Assembly (NCBI GenBank): GCA_977020255.1
Contig: CDROCS010002866.1
Coordinates: 372,001-436,000, forward strand
Length of the DNA stretch: 64,000 nt
Source of the DNA: Obrimoposthia wandeli
Taxonomy: Eukaryota
Direction: 5' to 3'
In this document: positions 38,708 through 49,387 of the stretch, in pieces
Position numbering within the stretch: position 1 is the stretch's first letter
How the letters are laid out: each line of letters starts with the position of its first letter
The notes under the pieces: model-generated
Database searches by the model: none
Seen by the model: the letters and a program-made list of their open reading frames with translations, nothing else
What the model was told of the DNA's origin: nothing
Made by a program: the position numbers and the translations under genes

Positions 38708-40879
38708 ATGAAAAAAATCATTATCGTTGTTATTGCGCTAGTCGTTGCTGTTGCATTTTATCAATTAGGATTAGATCAATACCTAAGTTTAGAAGGTATT
38801 AAAGAAAGCCAGGCAAACATAACAGAGCTTAATCGACAGAACCCCTTGTTCATCGCCGTTAGTTTTTTAGCTATGTATGTGATTGTTACCGCATTATCTA
38901 TTCCCGGTGCTGTAGTACTGACATTAGGAGCTGGGGCATTTTTTGGTCTTTTTTGGGGCACTATACTAGTGTCTTTTGCTTCAAGTATTGGAGCTACAAT
39001 CGCCTTTCTGGTCGCTAGATACTTATTTAAAGAATCCGCACAAAAGCGTTTTGGCGACAAGCTAAAAGCAGTAAACCAGGGTATTGAAAAAGAAGGCGCC
39101 TTTTATTTATTTACCTTGCGCTTAGTGCCGCTTTTTCCTTTTTTCATGATCAACTTAGTCATGGGCTTAACGCCAATTCGCACTATCACTTTTTATTGGG
39201 TCAGCCAAATAGGGATGCTGGCGGGCACCATTGTTTTCGTAAATGCAGGCACACAGCTTGCACAGATTGACAGCTTATCGGGTATTTTATCTCCAGGGTT
39301 ACTGTTCTCATTTATTTTACTTGGGGTATTTCCTATCATTGCTAAAAAAATCATTAACTATTTGCAAGGCAGAAAGGTATATAAACGTTGGAAAAAACCG
39401 CGCTCATTTGACACTAATATGGTGGTTATCGGTGCAGGGGCTGCAGGCTTAGTCAGCTCTTATATAGCTGCGGCAGTAAAGGCTAAGGTTACTTTAGTAG
39501 AAGCCCATAAAATGGGGGGCGATTGCTTAAACTACGGTTGCGTTCCTTCCAAAGCGATCATTAAAAGCGCTAAGGTCACTGAGCAAATCAGACATGCAGA
39601 AAATTACGGATTAACCCTTTCTGACAGTAGTTTAGACAATTTACAGTTTAGCTTTAAAAACGTCATGCAAAGAGTACACGACTCAATTGCGCAAATTGAA
39701 CCTCACGATAGTGTTGAGCGCTATACCAATTTAGGAGTTGATGTTGTACAAGGCTACGCAAAGATTATCGATCCATGGACCGTTGAAATCAAGAAAAATA
39801 GCGGCGAAATTCAACAGATCACTTGCCAATCAATCATCATAGCCGCCGGCGCTGCGCCTATTGTGCCTGATATCCCGGGCATTCAAGAAACAGGTTTTTT
39901 AACCAGCGACACTATGTGGGAAGCACTTGCAAAGCTTGATAGCATTCCCAACAAGATGATTTTCTTAGGCGGCGGCCCTATCGGCTGTGAGCTATCGCAG
40001 AGTTTTTCTCGTTTAGGTGCACAAGTTTCACAAGTAGAGAAAAATTCAAGGGTTATGAAGCGCGAAGATATCGAAGTGTCCGAACTAGCGCAAAAGGCGC
40101 TAAAAGATAGCGGTGTAAACGTACTCACTGATCATCAAGCATTACGCTGCGAAAATAGAGCAGACGGTAAATACTTAATCGTTGAGCATAACCAACAAGA
40201 AATTGCGTTACCTTTTGATGTACTCATTTGTGCAGTAGGGCGCAGTGCGAGATTAAGTGGTTACGGCTTAGAAAATTTAGGAATTGATACTAAAAACACC
40301 GTGATCACCAATCAGTATTTACAAACTATTTATCCTAACATTTACGCAGCAGGTGATGTTGCTGGCCCTTATCAATTCACTCATGTTGCTGCACACCAAG
40401 CTTGGTATGCATCAGTTAACTCGCTATTTGGTAATTTCAAAAAATTCGCGGTTGATTATTCTGTTATCCCATGGACAACCTTTATCGACCCAGAAGTTGC
40501 ACGCGTGGGTATTAATGAACAAGAAGCTAAAGCGCAAAATATTAGTTATGAAGTAACGCGCTTTGATTTAAGTGAACTAGATAGAGCCATTGTAGATGGC
40601 GCCACCAATGGTTTTATAAAGGTGCTTACTGTACCCGGTAAAGATAAAATTCTCGGTGTGACTATCGTAGGTGAACAAGCTGCTGAACTCCTAGCAGAGT
40701 ACGTTTTAGCGATGAAATACAATTTAGGACTTAATAAAATATTAGGGACTATTCACGCTTATCCCACTATGTCTGAAGCTAATAAATATGTTGCTGGTGA
40801 ATGGAAAAGAGCCCATGCACCGCAACGCATATTAAGTTGGTTAGAAAAATTTCATGCCCGTAAATTAAAGAAACAGTAG
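38708..40879 (+). CDS. VTT (TVP38/DedA) membrane domain fused to a pyridine nucleotide-disulfide oxidoreductase
   Basis: N-terminal LRLVPLFPFFMIN domain; GAGAAG, GGDCLNYGCVPSKA redox disulfide, GGGPIG, HAYPTMSE. Confidence 0.92.
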   Translation: MKKIIIVVIALVVAVAFYQLGLDQYLSLEGIKESQANITELNRQNPLFIAVSFLAMYVIVTALSIPGAVVLTLGAGAFFGLFWGTILVSFASSIGATIAFLVARYLFKESAQKRFGDKLKAVNQGIEKEGAFYLFTLRLVPLFPFFMINLVMGLTPIRTITFYWVSQIGMLAGTIVFVNAGTQLAQIDSLSGILSPGLLFSFILLGVFPIIAKKIINYLQGRKVYKRWKKPRSFDTNMVVIGAGAAGLVSSYIAAAVKAKVTLVEAHKMGGDCLNYGCVPSKAIIKSAKVTEQIRHAENYGLTLSDSSLDNLQFSFKNVMQRVHDSIAQIEPHDSVERYTNLGVDVVQGYAKIIDPWTVEIKKNSGEIQQITCQSIIIAAGAAPIVPDIPGIQETGFLTSDTMWEALAKLDSIPNKMIFLGGGPIGCELSQSFSRLGAQVSQVEKNSRVMKREDIEVSELAQKALKDSGVNVLTDHQALRCENRADGKYLIVEHNQQEIALPFDVLICAVGRSARLSGYGLENLGIDTKNTVITNQYLQTIYPNIYAAGDVAGPYQFTHVAAHQAWYASVNSLFGNFKKFAVDYSVIPWTTFIDPEVARVGINEQEAKAQNISYEVTRFDLSELDRAIVDGATNGFIKVLTVPGKDKILGVTIVGEQAAELLAEYVLAMKYNLGLNKILGTIHAYPTMSEANKYVAGEWKRAHAPQRILSWLEKFHARKLKKQ

Positions 40880-41308
40880 TCAAATCAACGGTAATGATAG
40901 GCACAAATTTAACAGCAACGAACCCCATATGCCGCCTATCTTAACCATAGATGTAACTGGGGAATTTACGCTTCCCTTCACGCTTAAGTATTCAGTGTGT
41001 TTCTGCGCATTATTGCAAGAAAGGTATTTATTATTAACGCTGTACTGTAATTATTGCTCAAGGGTAAAAAAAGCGTAGTTTAATAATTTTTTTTTGAAAC
41101 CAAACGCTAAAACCTTACGTATAATAAGGTAATAGAAAACAGTTGATTTCAAACTATTTTTTAAGTTTTTTTGCACTCAAGATAACTTTACTTATCACTG
41201 ATCTAAACCGTCTTCTCAGAGATATTGCATATACTAAAAGGGATTGACCTTGTAATATACGCAACTTAATATTTCCAGAAGTAAGCTCCTAGATAGAAAG
41301 GATTTTTT

Positions 41309-42121
41309 ATGCTAATTCGCATATTGCTTGTCATAACTTTTATTGTTAACTGTGCCATTCGTTTCAAAGGTCCTTGGCGATATTTTCAAATCAATTCACT
41401 ACATTTTAATGATGAATTGGGCATTTATTCGAAAGACGACATAGATAGTAATATCCCCAACACTTGGAGGCTTCCACAAGCTGTCGATGATGGATTGTAT
41501 ATTCCCGAAACATTCCCAGTCTTTGTTAAACCTGAGTGGGGTCAAAACGGCCAAGGTGTACGCCGAGCAGATAATGCCAATGAGTTAGATTATATTCGTA
41601 ATCACTGTATGAACCCTAAAACAGTGTATGTGATTCAGCAAGCAGCGACACCAAAGCGAGAATTTGAAATATTCTATATTCGTGATTATCGAAACCTAAA
41701 TAATTTTGCAACGATGAGCATCACTGAAACTTGTAATACCAGTGATGAAGACCTTCCGGTAAATAGTATTAATAACCAGCATACTTATTACAATTCAGTG
41801 ACTCAAAAATTAAGCTCACAAGAATTGGATAACGTTTGGAAAAGCATTGGCAACATCGGTCAATATAACTTTGCTCGAGTAGGCGTGCGTGCGGATTCAC
41901 TAGAAGCACTACAAAAGGGTGACTTTAAAGTAATAGAAATTAACTTATATCTACCTATGCCAATTAACTTGATGGATAACGCTTTACCTTTTAGAGAAAA
42001 GTTTAAATTCATTAAAATCAGCATGCTTCATTTAGCTAAGTTAGTGAATACCATTCCTGATACTCAGCAAAGTAAATCGGTGTTTATCAAAAAAACCCTT
42101 TTCCAACCAAGAACCAAGTGA
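41309..42121 (+). CDS. Divergent ATP-grasp-fold protein
   Basis: FPVFVKPEWGQNGQGV, YVIQQ, EFEIFY, FKVIEIN motifs in ATP-grasp order. Confidence 0.72.
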   Translation: MLIRILLVITFIVNCAIRFKGPWRYFQINSLHFNDELGIYSKDDIDSNIPNTWRLPQAVDDGLYIPETFPVFVKPEWGQNGQGVRRADNANELDYIRNHCMNPKTVYVIQQAATPKREFEIFYIRDYRNLNNFATMSITETCNTSDEDLPVNSINNQHTYYNSVTQKLSSQELDNVWKSIGNIGQYNFARVGVRADSLEALQKGDFKVIEINLYLPMPINLMDNALPFREKFKFIKISMLHLAKLVNTIPDTQQSKSVFIKKTLFQPRTK

Positions 42122-43038
42122 GACCTGTCATGTTATCTTTTAAACGTCGTATCTACGCTGCTATTAGCAAAAAATTCATGAACGATTGCAGTAGCTATAA
42201 TTCGCTAGAAGTAAGACGAGGCTGCCGGTCAAAGAAACAAGCCAGAGCCATTTTTGCAGCGCATGAAGTACCACACGCACAAGGTGACATTATTTTTGGA
42301 CCATTTGCTGCACGTGATTTTGCAAAAAAACATGGATTCCCTCTAGTGATTAAGCCTAATGTTAGTGGCTTTTCAAGAGGAAGCTACTTTCCAATTAACA
42401 ATTATAAAGAACTTTATAAAGCGCTTTTTTTAGCAAAAATCTGGTGGCCAACAACCGTTATTGAACAGTACTTGCAAGGTAAAAATTATCGCGTTGTGGT
42501 GATTGACGGCGAGATAATGTCAGCGATTGAACGCTTTCCGCCAACGGTCGTTGGCAATGGGGTAGATAGCATACGACAGCTCGCTAAAACGGAAAACGAA
42601 ATTCGTGAAGAAATGGGCTTGTTTCCAACTATTCACCCTATTTTAGAAACGGATCAAACCATCAAACACTTAGCAAAACAAGGGCTCTCTTTTGATTCAA
42701 TCCCTGCTAAGGATGAATCTGTCACATTATTTTATCGTATAGCATTAGCACCGGGTGGCACAGTACATACTATTGATAAAGCGACTATCCCGGATGAAAA
42801 CAAAGCACTATTCCTAAAAGTATTAAAAATGTTCAACGCTAACATTCTTGGCATTGATATTATTATGGAGCAAGGCATTGATGTACCTCATGATCAACAA
42901 AAATGCATCATGCTCGAAGTAAATTCAAGACCTTACCTCAAAATGCATGACGTGCCTCGTCAAGGTAATAGAGAGGATCTAAGTCAATATTATCAAAAGT
43001 TAGATAATCTAAACATTTCTCAATCGGATACCTTCTAA
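42118..43038 (+). CDS. Stand-alone ATP-grasp ligase related to the cyanophycin synthetase / GshF ligase domain
   Basis: FPLVIKP, EQYLQGKNYRVVV, PPTVVGNG, GIDII, LEVNSRP; no Mur-ligase domain. Confidence 0.85.
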   Translation: MRPVMLSFKRRIYAAISKKFMNDCSSYNSLEVRRGCRSKKQARAIFAAHEVPHAQGDIIFGPFAARDFAKKHGFPLVIKPNVSGFSRGSYFPINNYKELYKALFLAKIWWPTTVIEQYLQGKNYRVVVIDGEIMSAIERFPPTVVGNGVDSIRQLAKTENEIREEMGLFPTIHPILETDQTIKHLAKQGLSFDSIPAKDESVTLFYRIALAPGGTVHTIDKATIPDENKALFLKVLKMFNANILGIDIIMEQGIDVPHDQQKCIMLEVNSRPYLKMHDVPRQGNREDLSQYYQKLDNLNISQSDTF

Positions 43039-43044
43039 ATACTA

Positions 43045-44241
43045 ATGATCACCGTTTCAGCCAAAGTGCAACAACGACAATTTTATTTGTTTGTCTGTAG
43101 TCACTCCTTTTTAATCGGCCTATTTCCTTTTTTCCTCCCTGTTTACCTTTTCAAACAGGGATTAGGAATGGGTGAGATCTGTTTCTTCATTGCCACCAGC
43201 GCTGTTACCTTTAGCAGTGGCATGTATTTATGGGATCATGTAAAAGCAAAACTGCGCCCTACTCAACTGTTAGCGCTGTGCTATATCTTAGAATTATTAC
43301 TCATTACTAGCGTTATTTACGCAGCACCAAAAATTACCCATCAGCCCACTTATGCTTATATCATTGCCGCGTGCTATGGTTTGTACCAATGCTTTTTTTG
43401 GACCACGCAAAGAGCGCTCTTTGTACAGCGCAGTGGCAGTAATAACACTGGAACGCGCTACGGAAACTTTCAAATATTTGTAGTAGTGTTTTTAAAAATA
43501 GGTGTTTTTATTGGCGGTCTATTATTAGAAAGCCAAAATCTAAATTTACTATTTATTATTTCACTCATTAGCATCGTTGCCAGCTATACAGCACTCAACT
43601 TTATTCCCGGCAAGCTAGAATGGCCTTTTTTACAGTGGCCAACCGTCAGTATTACTAAGATTATACGCTTTAAAGATAACTATCGTTCCAAACAAATTTT
43701 TGCTTTAGATGGCTTATTCTTATTTGTTGAAAGCTTCTTCTGGTTGCTATCGCTGTTCTTAATTTTAAAGCAAAGTTTTATGCAATTAGGCTTAATGATA
43801 ATAGCAATTACGCTCATGCTTTCATTGGTCTTTTTCTTACTCAAGAACAAAATTGATCGACTCCCTGAGCAATTAATTTACAGCATTTCTATTGTAGGGT
43901 ACGGGATATCATGGATATTAAGAGCAAACTTAGATGAAGAATTATCGTTGTCCTATCAATTTATTTTCCTTTGTTTCATCGCTTTCTTAACTGCATTATT
44001 TAGATTGGCGTTTAATAAACGTTTCTACGATTTGGCAGTGTTCTACCCTAAAACACCCTACATTTTAATGAAAAGTTACTATTCGCAAGTCGCACTTATC
44101 ATCTCGTTTGCAGTGTTGGGTGTGATTTTTATGAATGTAACTACTTTAACCGCGCTCAATTCTGGGTACTGGTTAGCAGCTGTATTAACCCCTTTGTACT
44201 TTATTTATAGAACAAGGGCCGTAGTGAAGAAAAATGCTTAA
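43045..44241 (+). CDS. MFS-type transporter
   Basis: About 12 hydrophobic segments, 398 aa, 6 nt after the ligase stop. Confidence 0.8.
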   Translation: MITVSAKVQQRQFYLFVCSHSFLIGLFPFFLPVYLFKQGLGMGEICFFIATSAVTFSSGMYLWDHVKAKLRPTQLLALCYILELLLITSVIYAAPKITHQPTYAYIIAACYGLYQCFFWTTQRALFVQRSGSNNTGTRYGNFQIFVVVFLKIGVFIGGLLLESQNLNLLFIISLISIVASYTALNFIPGKLEWPFLQWPTVSITKIIRFKDNYRSKQIFALDGLFLFVESFFWLLSLFLILKQSFMQLGLMIIAITLMLSLVFFLLKNKIDRLPEQLIYSISIVGYGISWILRANLDEELSLSYQFIFLCFIAFLTALFRLAFNKRFYDLAVFYPKTPYILMKSYYSQVALIISFAVLGVIFMNVTTLTALNSGYWLAAVLTPLYFIYRTRAVVKKNA

Positions 44242-44377
44242 CTACCTTGAAAACACCCCACTATATCTTATTATCGTGAGTATTACAACTTTTAGCTCAA
44301 ACAAAGGTTTAATAAGACATAATATTGTAAATGCCCTTCTTAAACTTTCTCATTAACACTTTGCACCTTACTTACAA

Positions 44378-45163
44378 CTAAATAGATAAGCTATCTGCCC
44401 TCTTGACGCTTTTATGTTCCTGCTCTGTTATTCCTTGTTTCCAATAGCTACTGGCATAAACACTGCGCCGTGGTATTTGTAAGTCTTGATAAATGTATGT
44501 ACGTAGTAAGCGCATCTTATCGAATTCGCAAGCAAGCCAAACACTCCCACTTCCTGCTAATTTTGGCAGTGATTTTACGGTATCAACTAATACAGATGAT
44601 TTAGAAGTAGCAGTACTCACAACCCAAATTAATTTAACACCACTAGGTACTGCTAAATCTTGCTTATCGCTTTCATGCAGTATTTCTATAACGGCATAGC
44701 CTTGTACCGTTTCGGAAAGCGAACTTAAATTTACACTAATAGCGGGAAGTGCTGTCATATCACCAATGATTAGCACCCAATCCGCCGTTGCATCCACTGA
44801 TTTTTTCTTACCAGGCCCTGCTACATAAATTTCACTGCCAATTTCGCTATTTAACGCCCAACTAGAAGCAGGCCCTGTATCATGCATTACAAAATCTATA
44901 TCTATTTGTTTTGGGTCTTGTCTTTGATTGCGCACTGTATAAGTACGCAATACTGGACGTTGTTCAGTATCTTCACTTTGTATTTGCGCAAGTACATTTT
45001 CGTTAAGCACACCCTTACTGGCAAAGTGAAGTTTAATATAACCGCCTTCTTGTTCATCTGGGAAAGTCTTTAAATCATCACCACTCAAGGTAATGCGCAT
45101 CATGTTATTGGTTATCTGTTGTTTACTTACTACTTCCAATTTCCTAGGTAATGCCCTGCTCAT
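44378..45163 (-). CDS. Siderophore-interacting protein (ViuB/YqjH-like ferric reductase)
   Basis: RTYTVR, GPASSWA, GDMTALPAI, ACEF, SSYWK. Confidence 0.92.
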   Translation of the reverse strand: MSRALPRKLEVVSKQQITNNMMRITLSGDDLKTFPDEQEGGYIKLHFASKGVLNENVLAQIQSEDTEQRPVLRTYTVRNQRQDPKQIDIDFVMHDTGPASSWALNSEIGSEIYVAGPGKKKSVDATADWVLIIGDMTALPAISVNLSSLSETVQGYAVIEILHESDKQDLAVPSGVKLIWVVSTATSKSSVLVDTVKSLPKLAGSGSVWLACEFDKMRLLRTYIYQDLQIPRRSVYASSYWKQGITEQEHKSVKRADSLSI

Positions 45164-45213
45164 ATGAATTCCTCTTTACTGCTTTGGTTTACTGCTAATT
45201 TACAATCTGTTGT

Positions 45214-45300
45214 CATTGCTGTCCGGTTAAAAAGTGTAAGCTCTTTACTCATTAATTTGTGGTTTTATAACATAGTTAATTGGGATTTTTCAGACAAATA
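45214..45300. mobile_element. IS4-like MITE, family 1, copy b (partial)
   Basis: CATTGCTGTCCGGTTAAAAAGTGTAAG...CAGACAAAT matches the left about 90 bp of the family; right TIR not clearly recognisable. Confidence 0.6.
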
Positions 45301-45404
45301 TTTCTTGTTGTTAGCAATCACATTACTCAATGTTGTTGTGTTTTAGTTCTGGTTTTAGCTATGTTTTCTAATACATAACTGTTAATCGGTACCACTAATA
45401 ATAG

Positions 45405-46469
45405 CTAGAAATTAACCCGTTCTATTATGTCTATCGCCTTTTGATGGTTCATTGCTATATCTGATAATGCTGCATTGTCTTGTTTGAACCTAGGCATATA
45501 TTTTTTAAGTAAACTTGAAGGCTCTATATCTTCTTTCACAGGAAATTCATGATTTTGTTGCGCATAGAGATACTGTGCTCTACTGCTACTCAAATACTCC
45601 ATTAGTTTTATCGCGCTATCTTTATGCGGAGCATTTTTGGTTAAGGCAATCCCACTGATGTTCATATGGCTGCCACGACCACTTTGATTAGGAAAGATTA
45701 AATTTACTGATTCAGCCCAAACTATCTGTTCAGGTTTACGCTTATTGGTGATCATTTTTGCGAAATAGTAAGAGTTGACCAGTGCAACATCGCAAACGCC
45801 TTCGTTAATCGCTTTGACTTGAGCGCGATCATTACCTTGAGGTTTGCGTGCCAAGTTAGCTTTAATTGCAATGAGCCATTTTTCTGTAAACGCTTCACCT
45901 TTTGCTAAAATAATAGAACTTATTAATGAGAGCATGTAATTGTGCTTAGCTGAGCGAGCACAAATTCTACCGCGCCATTTTTTAGCCATTAAATCTTCAT
46001 AGCTTTGAATTTCACTAACGTCGACTCTATCTTTGGCAGCATAGATAATTCTTGCTCTAGAGGTGATACCAAACCACAAACCTTGAGGATCACGATACTG
46101 TATCGGGATGTTATTATTAATAATTTCGTTTTCTACTTGCTGCGTTAAACCGCGTTGTGCCATTTCGTATAATGGCGCCACATCTGAGGTTAAAACTAAA
46201 TCCGCTGTCGAAAGATCGCCTTCTTTTATTAAATGTTTAACTATATTTTTATTCGAATAAACAATATTAACCACGATACCTGTTTGTTCAGTAAAATCCT
46301 CTAAAATAGATTCAATTAAAAAAGGCTGCCTTGCAGAATAAACGTTGACTTCCGCTGCTACTAGATAAGTACTTTGTATACTTACAACCATTAATAAGTG
46401 CCATTTAAAGTTGTTCAAAAGTCGATGGGTTAACTTTATTGTTGTTGTGATCCATTTATTAAAATTCAC
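45405..46469 (-). CDS. Fe(3+) ABC transporter substrate-binding protein (FutA/FbpA-like), no permease or ATPase adjacent
   Basis: VNVYSARQ, RARIIY, GNDRAQVKAI, NSYY (paired Tyr iron ligands), HMNISG. Confidence 0.92.
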   Translation of the reverse strand: MNFNKWITTTIKLTHRLLNNFKWHLLMVVSIQSTYLVAAEVNVYSARQPFLIESILEDFTEQTGIVVNIVYSNKNIVKHLIKEGDLSTADLVLTSDVAPLYEMAQRGLTQQVENEIINNNIPIQYRDPQGLWFGITSRARIIYAAKDRVDVSEIQSYEDLMAKKWRGRICARSAKHNYMLSLISSIILAKGEAFTEKWLIAIKANLARKPQGNDRAQVKAINEGVCDVALVNSYYFAKMITNKRKPEQIVWAESVNLIFPNQSGRGSHMNISGIALTKNAPHKDSAIKLMEYLSSSRAQYLYAQQNHEFPVKEDIEPSSLLKKYMPRFKQDNAALSDIAMNHQKAIDIIERVNF

Positions 46470-46600
46470 TGCTAAAACCTAGTTAATGTATTTTATTTAA
46501 AGATGATTGAGCGAAACCCTCCAATGCAAGCCAGCCTCTTTTTCCTTTCGTGCTTGCTATTGAATTCTACTCAGCTCGAGATAAAAGCTGATAAGCTTTG

Positions 46601-49351
46601 TTATTTCGAATCAGAAGAGCTATTACTGCTAAGTTTTTTAATTCCTTTTTTGGTGATGCGTGCAATCGCTTGATCTAGCGCTAAAGGCTTATCATACAAA
46701 TAACCTTGTGCGTATTTACACCCTAAAACACTAAAGAAATCCTGTTGATATTTTTCCTCAACACCTTCAGCGGTCACTTGTAATCCAAGTAAATCAGCCA
46801 TTCTCACCGTCGCTTCTAAAACAATGGCATTATTACTTTGCAATTTCAGCGCATTGACAAAAGAGCGATCTAATTTAATACCTTCTAAAGGGTAGTTAAC
46901 TAATCTTTCTAGGGAGCTATGCCCTGTTCCAAAATCATCTATGTAGATACCTACACCTACCGCATGAATACGCTTTAACTGCTGCATTAATGTCTCTTCT
47001 CCGGTATATATTTCAGTTTCTGTCACTTCCACGTGAATATTTTTTGGCGATAGCTTAAGTTTATTTAATTGCAACTCTAATAAAGAAGCTATATCAGAAA
47101 AAATAAATTGCTTAGGGGATACATTAATATTGAGAAACAACTCAGAGTTGCCTGAAGCAGTTATAAATTCTGCAGCTTTTGCACAAGCTTGTTCTATAAT
47201 CCAATTCCCTAAAGCAGAGATGATATTTAAATCTTCTAAGATAGGGATAAACTCAGTAGGCGAAACCTCTCCAACCTCTGGATGACACCAACGAACCAAT
47301 GCCTCGAAACCGGCTATTTTTAAGCGTTTCAAATCCATGATCGGCTGATACACCAGATAAAACTGATTGTTAGTGATGCTTTCATTAAGTAGTGATTCTA
47401 GCTTTAAGCGCCGCTCAAATTGCAAGCTCAATTGATGATCATAGATCGCAATATTATTACGCCCTTGCTGCTTAACTTCGTACATAGCTAGATCAGCTTG
47501 CTGTAGAGCTTGGGTTGAGCCTTTACAGTCTCTGGTCAGTAAGCTACCCCCGATACTTGCAGTCACCGTCAACTGATCTTGCCTCGCTAAAGTAAAACTT
47601 GGTTGAATCGTTGCTCTTAAGCGTTGGGATAATTCCTGCAAATGATATTTGTCAGTAACGCCATCTAAAAAGATAGCAAATTCATCTCCACCAAATCTAG
47701 CAACTTGGCAGTGATCAAAACGATCACTTATGCGCTTGGCAAATTTCACTAAAAGCTCATCACCCGCCATATGACCAAAGCTATCATTGATTGATTTAAA
47801 GCGATCAATATCAATAAAGAACACCGCGAAGTGACCTTCATTTTCATATTCTATTTTATGATCAATATAAGTGACGAATGAAGCACGATTTCTTAATCCT
47901 GTTAAGGCATCGTATTGCGCTTGATATTGGAGTTTTAGCTCGGCATTTTTGCGCGCAGAGATAATACTAATATAACCTTGGTAGTGACTGGCAACCCCTT
48001 CATCATCAGTTATCAGGTATGCATTCTCAAGTAACCAAACAGATTGCTTATCGCTAGTAACGCCCAACCATTCAAAATTATTTACTTGGCCTTTTGATAA
48101 CAACGTGTCCATAAATTGCTGATAGCTAGTGTGATCAGCATGCAATTGATGTTTTATGTCTTTTATTTGTCTACATATATCAGCATCATCTTGATAATTA
48201 AAAGCTTTTGAGAATGCCGGGTTTACTTTAAGTAGCTCTCCGTGCAAATTCGCCGTGTAAAGCCCATCAATAGATTGCATAAATAGATTACTGTAATCTG
48301 CTGTAACGTCTTCTAAATGTTCTTGCTTTATGCGTATTAAATATTCAACTTTTAAAGAATGCTTTCTTGAAACATAAATATAAAACAAACAGCAAAAAAG
48401 GGCGATAACAAAAGCTAAAGTTGCAAATTGGCTAGCACTAACAAAATAGTTCACACCATGTTTATCAATGTCATAAAAATTGAACACTAGCTTTTCGCCT
48501 GCAAAATCATAGTTCATTGTCCAATAATTACTCAGCTGTTGATTACATAAACGCGCATCTACAGCTTCCAATTGCGAATGATAAATTTTTAAGCTTTTAG
48601 CACTTTTTTGAATCTTATCTACTCTTAAACACAAGTTTAAATCTTCTAAACCTTTGCCAACTAAAATATTGATCGCTTCCTCAAAATTAAAAGAAACCCC
48701 TACAAAGCCTAATAAATCGGCATACAACAAATTATCACCACTGTAGGCAGCGAGTAGAAATCGCGAGCGAGGTATTTGTTCAATACTACTTTGGGGTGTT
48801 ATCGCTAACTGCACATTTGTGGCTTTATGCGCCTTAATTAACAAAGGCGCAAAATAATCATCTTGTGCCAAATTATTACCTAATGTAAAACCTTCCATCT
48901 GGCTCGATGAGCTATATTTAATAGGAAACACGTCTTTAATATTTCTGTTTTGTAATTGCGCGTTATAGTTACTGTTGAAATTGAATTGTCCCGTGCTTTT
49001 TATATCTGCAATCCAGTTATTGAGGCTATGCGTTGCTACTTTGGGAATCCATTCGAATGCACCTATTCCGTAATCTGCGATAGGTTGCGAGGATATAAAG
49101 TAATCAAACTCACGCTGCGTTAAGTTAGGGTTTAACTCTATTAAACTGCGTAGTGATTGCAACAAGGACGTTAACTCACTAAATGCCGACTGTACTTTCT
49201 GAAATTGGGTTTGCGCTCTATTTTGCACAGAGCGCTGTTTCTCTCTTTGCTCTAAAGTGGTGAGTGCATAAAAAAAACCTAAAATACACGGCAGTAATAG
49301 TATTGATACCAACAGTGTAAAAACGATAGGAGATAGCTTTTGTTTGAACAT
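46601..49351 (-). CDS. CHASE-PAS-GGDEF-EAL c-di-GMP enzyme
   Basis: Two TMs flanking a CHASE-like region (AFEWIPKV, LGNNL), PAS (LLKVNPAF), ARFGGDEF, FEALVRW, DDFGTGHSSL. Confidence 0.92.
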   Translation of the reverse strand: MFKQKLSPIVFTLLVSILLLPCILGFFYALTTLEQREKQRSVQNRAQTQFQKVQSAFSELTSLLQSLRSLIELNPNLTQREFDYFISSQPIADYGIGAFEWIPKVATHSLNNWIADIKSTGQFNFNSNYNAQLQNRNIKDVFPIKYSSSSQMEGFTLGNNLAQDDYFAPLLIKAHKATNVQLAITPQSSIEQIPRSRFLLAAYSGDNLLYADLLGFVGVSFNFEEAINILVGKGLEDLNLCLRVDKIQKSAKSLKIYHSQLEAVDARLCNQQLSNYWTMNYDFAGEKLVFNFYDIDKHGVNYFVSASQFATLAFVIALFCCLFYIYVSRKHSLKVEYLIRIKQEHLEDVTADYSNLFMQSIDGLYTANLHGELLKVNPAFSKAFNYQDDADICRQIKDIKHQLHADHTSYQQFMDTLLSKGQVNNFEWLGVTSDKQSVWLLENAYLITDDEGVASHYQGYISIISARKNAELKLQYQAQYDALTGLRNRASFVTYIDHKIEYENEGHFAVFFIDIDRFKSINDSFGHMAGDELLVKFAKRISDRFDHCQVARFGGDEFAIFLDGVTDKYHLQELSQRLRATIQPSFTLARQDQLTVTASIGGSLLTRDCKGSTQALQQADLAMYEVKQQGRNNIAIYDHQLSLQFERRLKLESLLNESITNNQFYLVYQPIMDLKRLKIAGFEALVRWCHPEVGEVSPTEFIPILEDLNIISALGNWIIEQACAKAAEFITASGNSELFLNINVSPKQFIFSDIASLLELQLNKLKLSPKNIHVEVTETEIYTGEETLMQQLKRIHAVGVGIYIDDFGTGHSSLERLVNYPLEGIKLDRSFVNALKLQSNNAIVLEATVRMADLLGLQVTAEGVEEKYQQDFFSVLGCKYAQGYLYDKPLALDQAIARITKKGIKKLSSNSSSDSK

Positions 49352-49387
49352 CTATACAACAACTTCAATAATTTCACTAATAATTAC

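Noticed and set aside
38708-40879. Mercuric reductase MerA
   Set aside because: No N-terminal HMA domain, no C-terminal Cys-Cys pair and no mer genes nearby.
42118-43038. Cyanophycin synthetase CphA
   Set aside because: Only the ATP-grasp domain is present (306 aa); no Mur-ligase domain and no cyanophycinase nearby.
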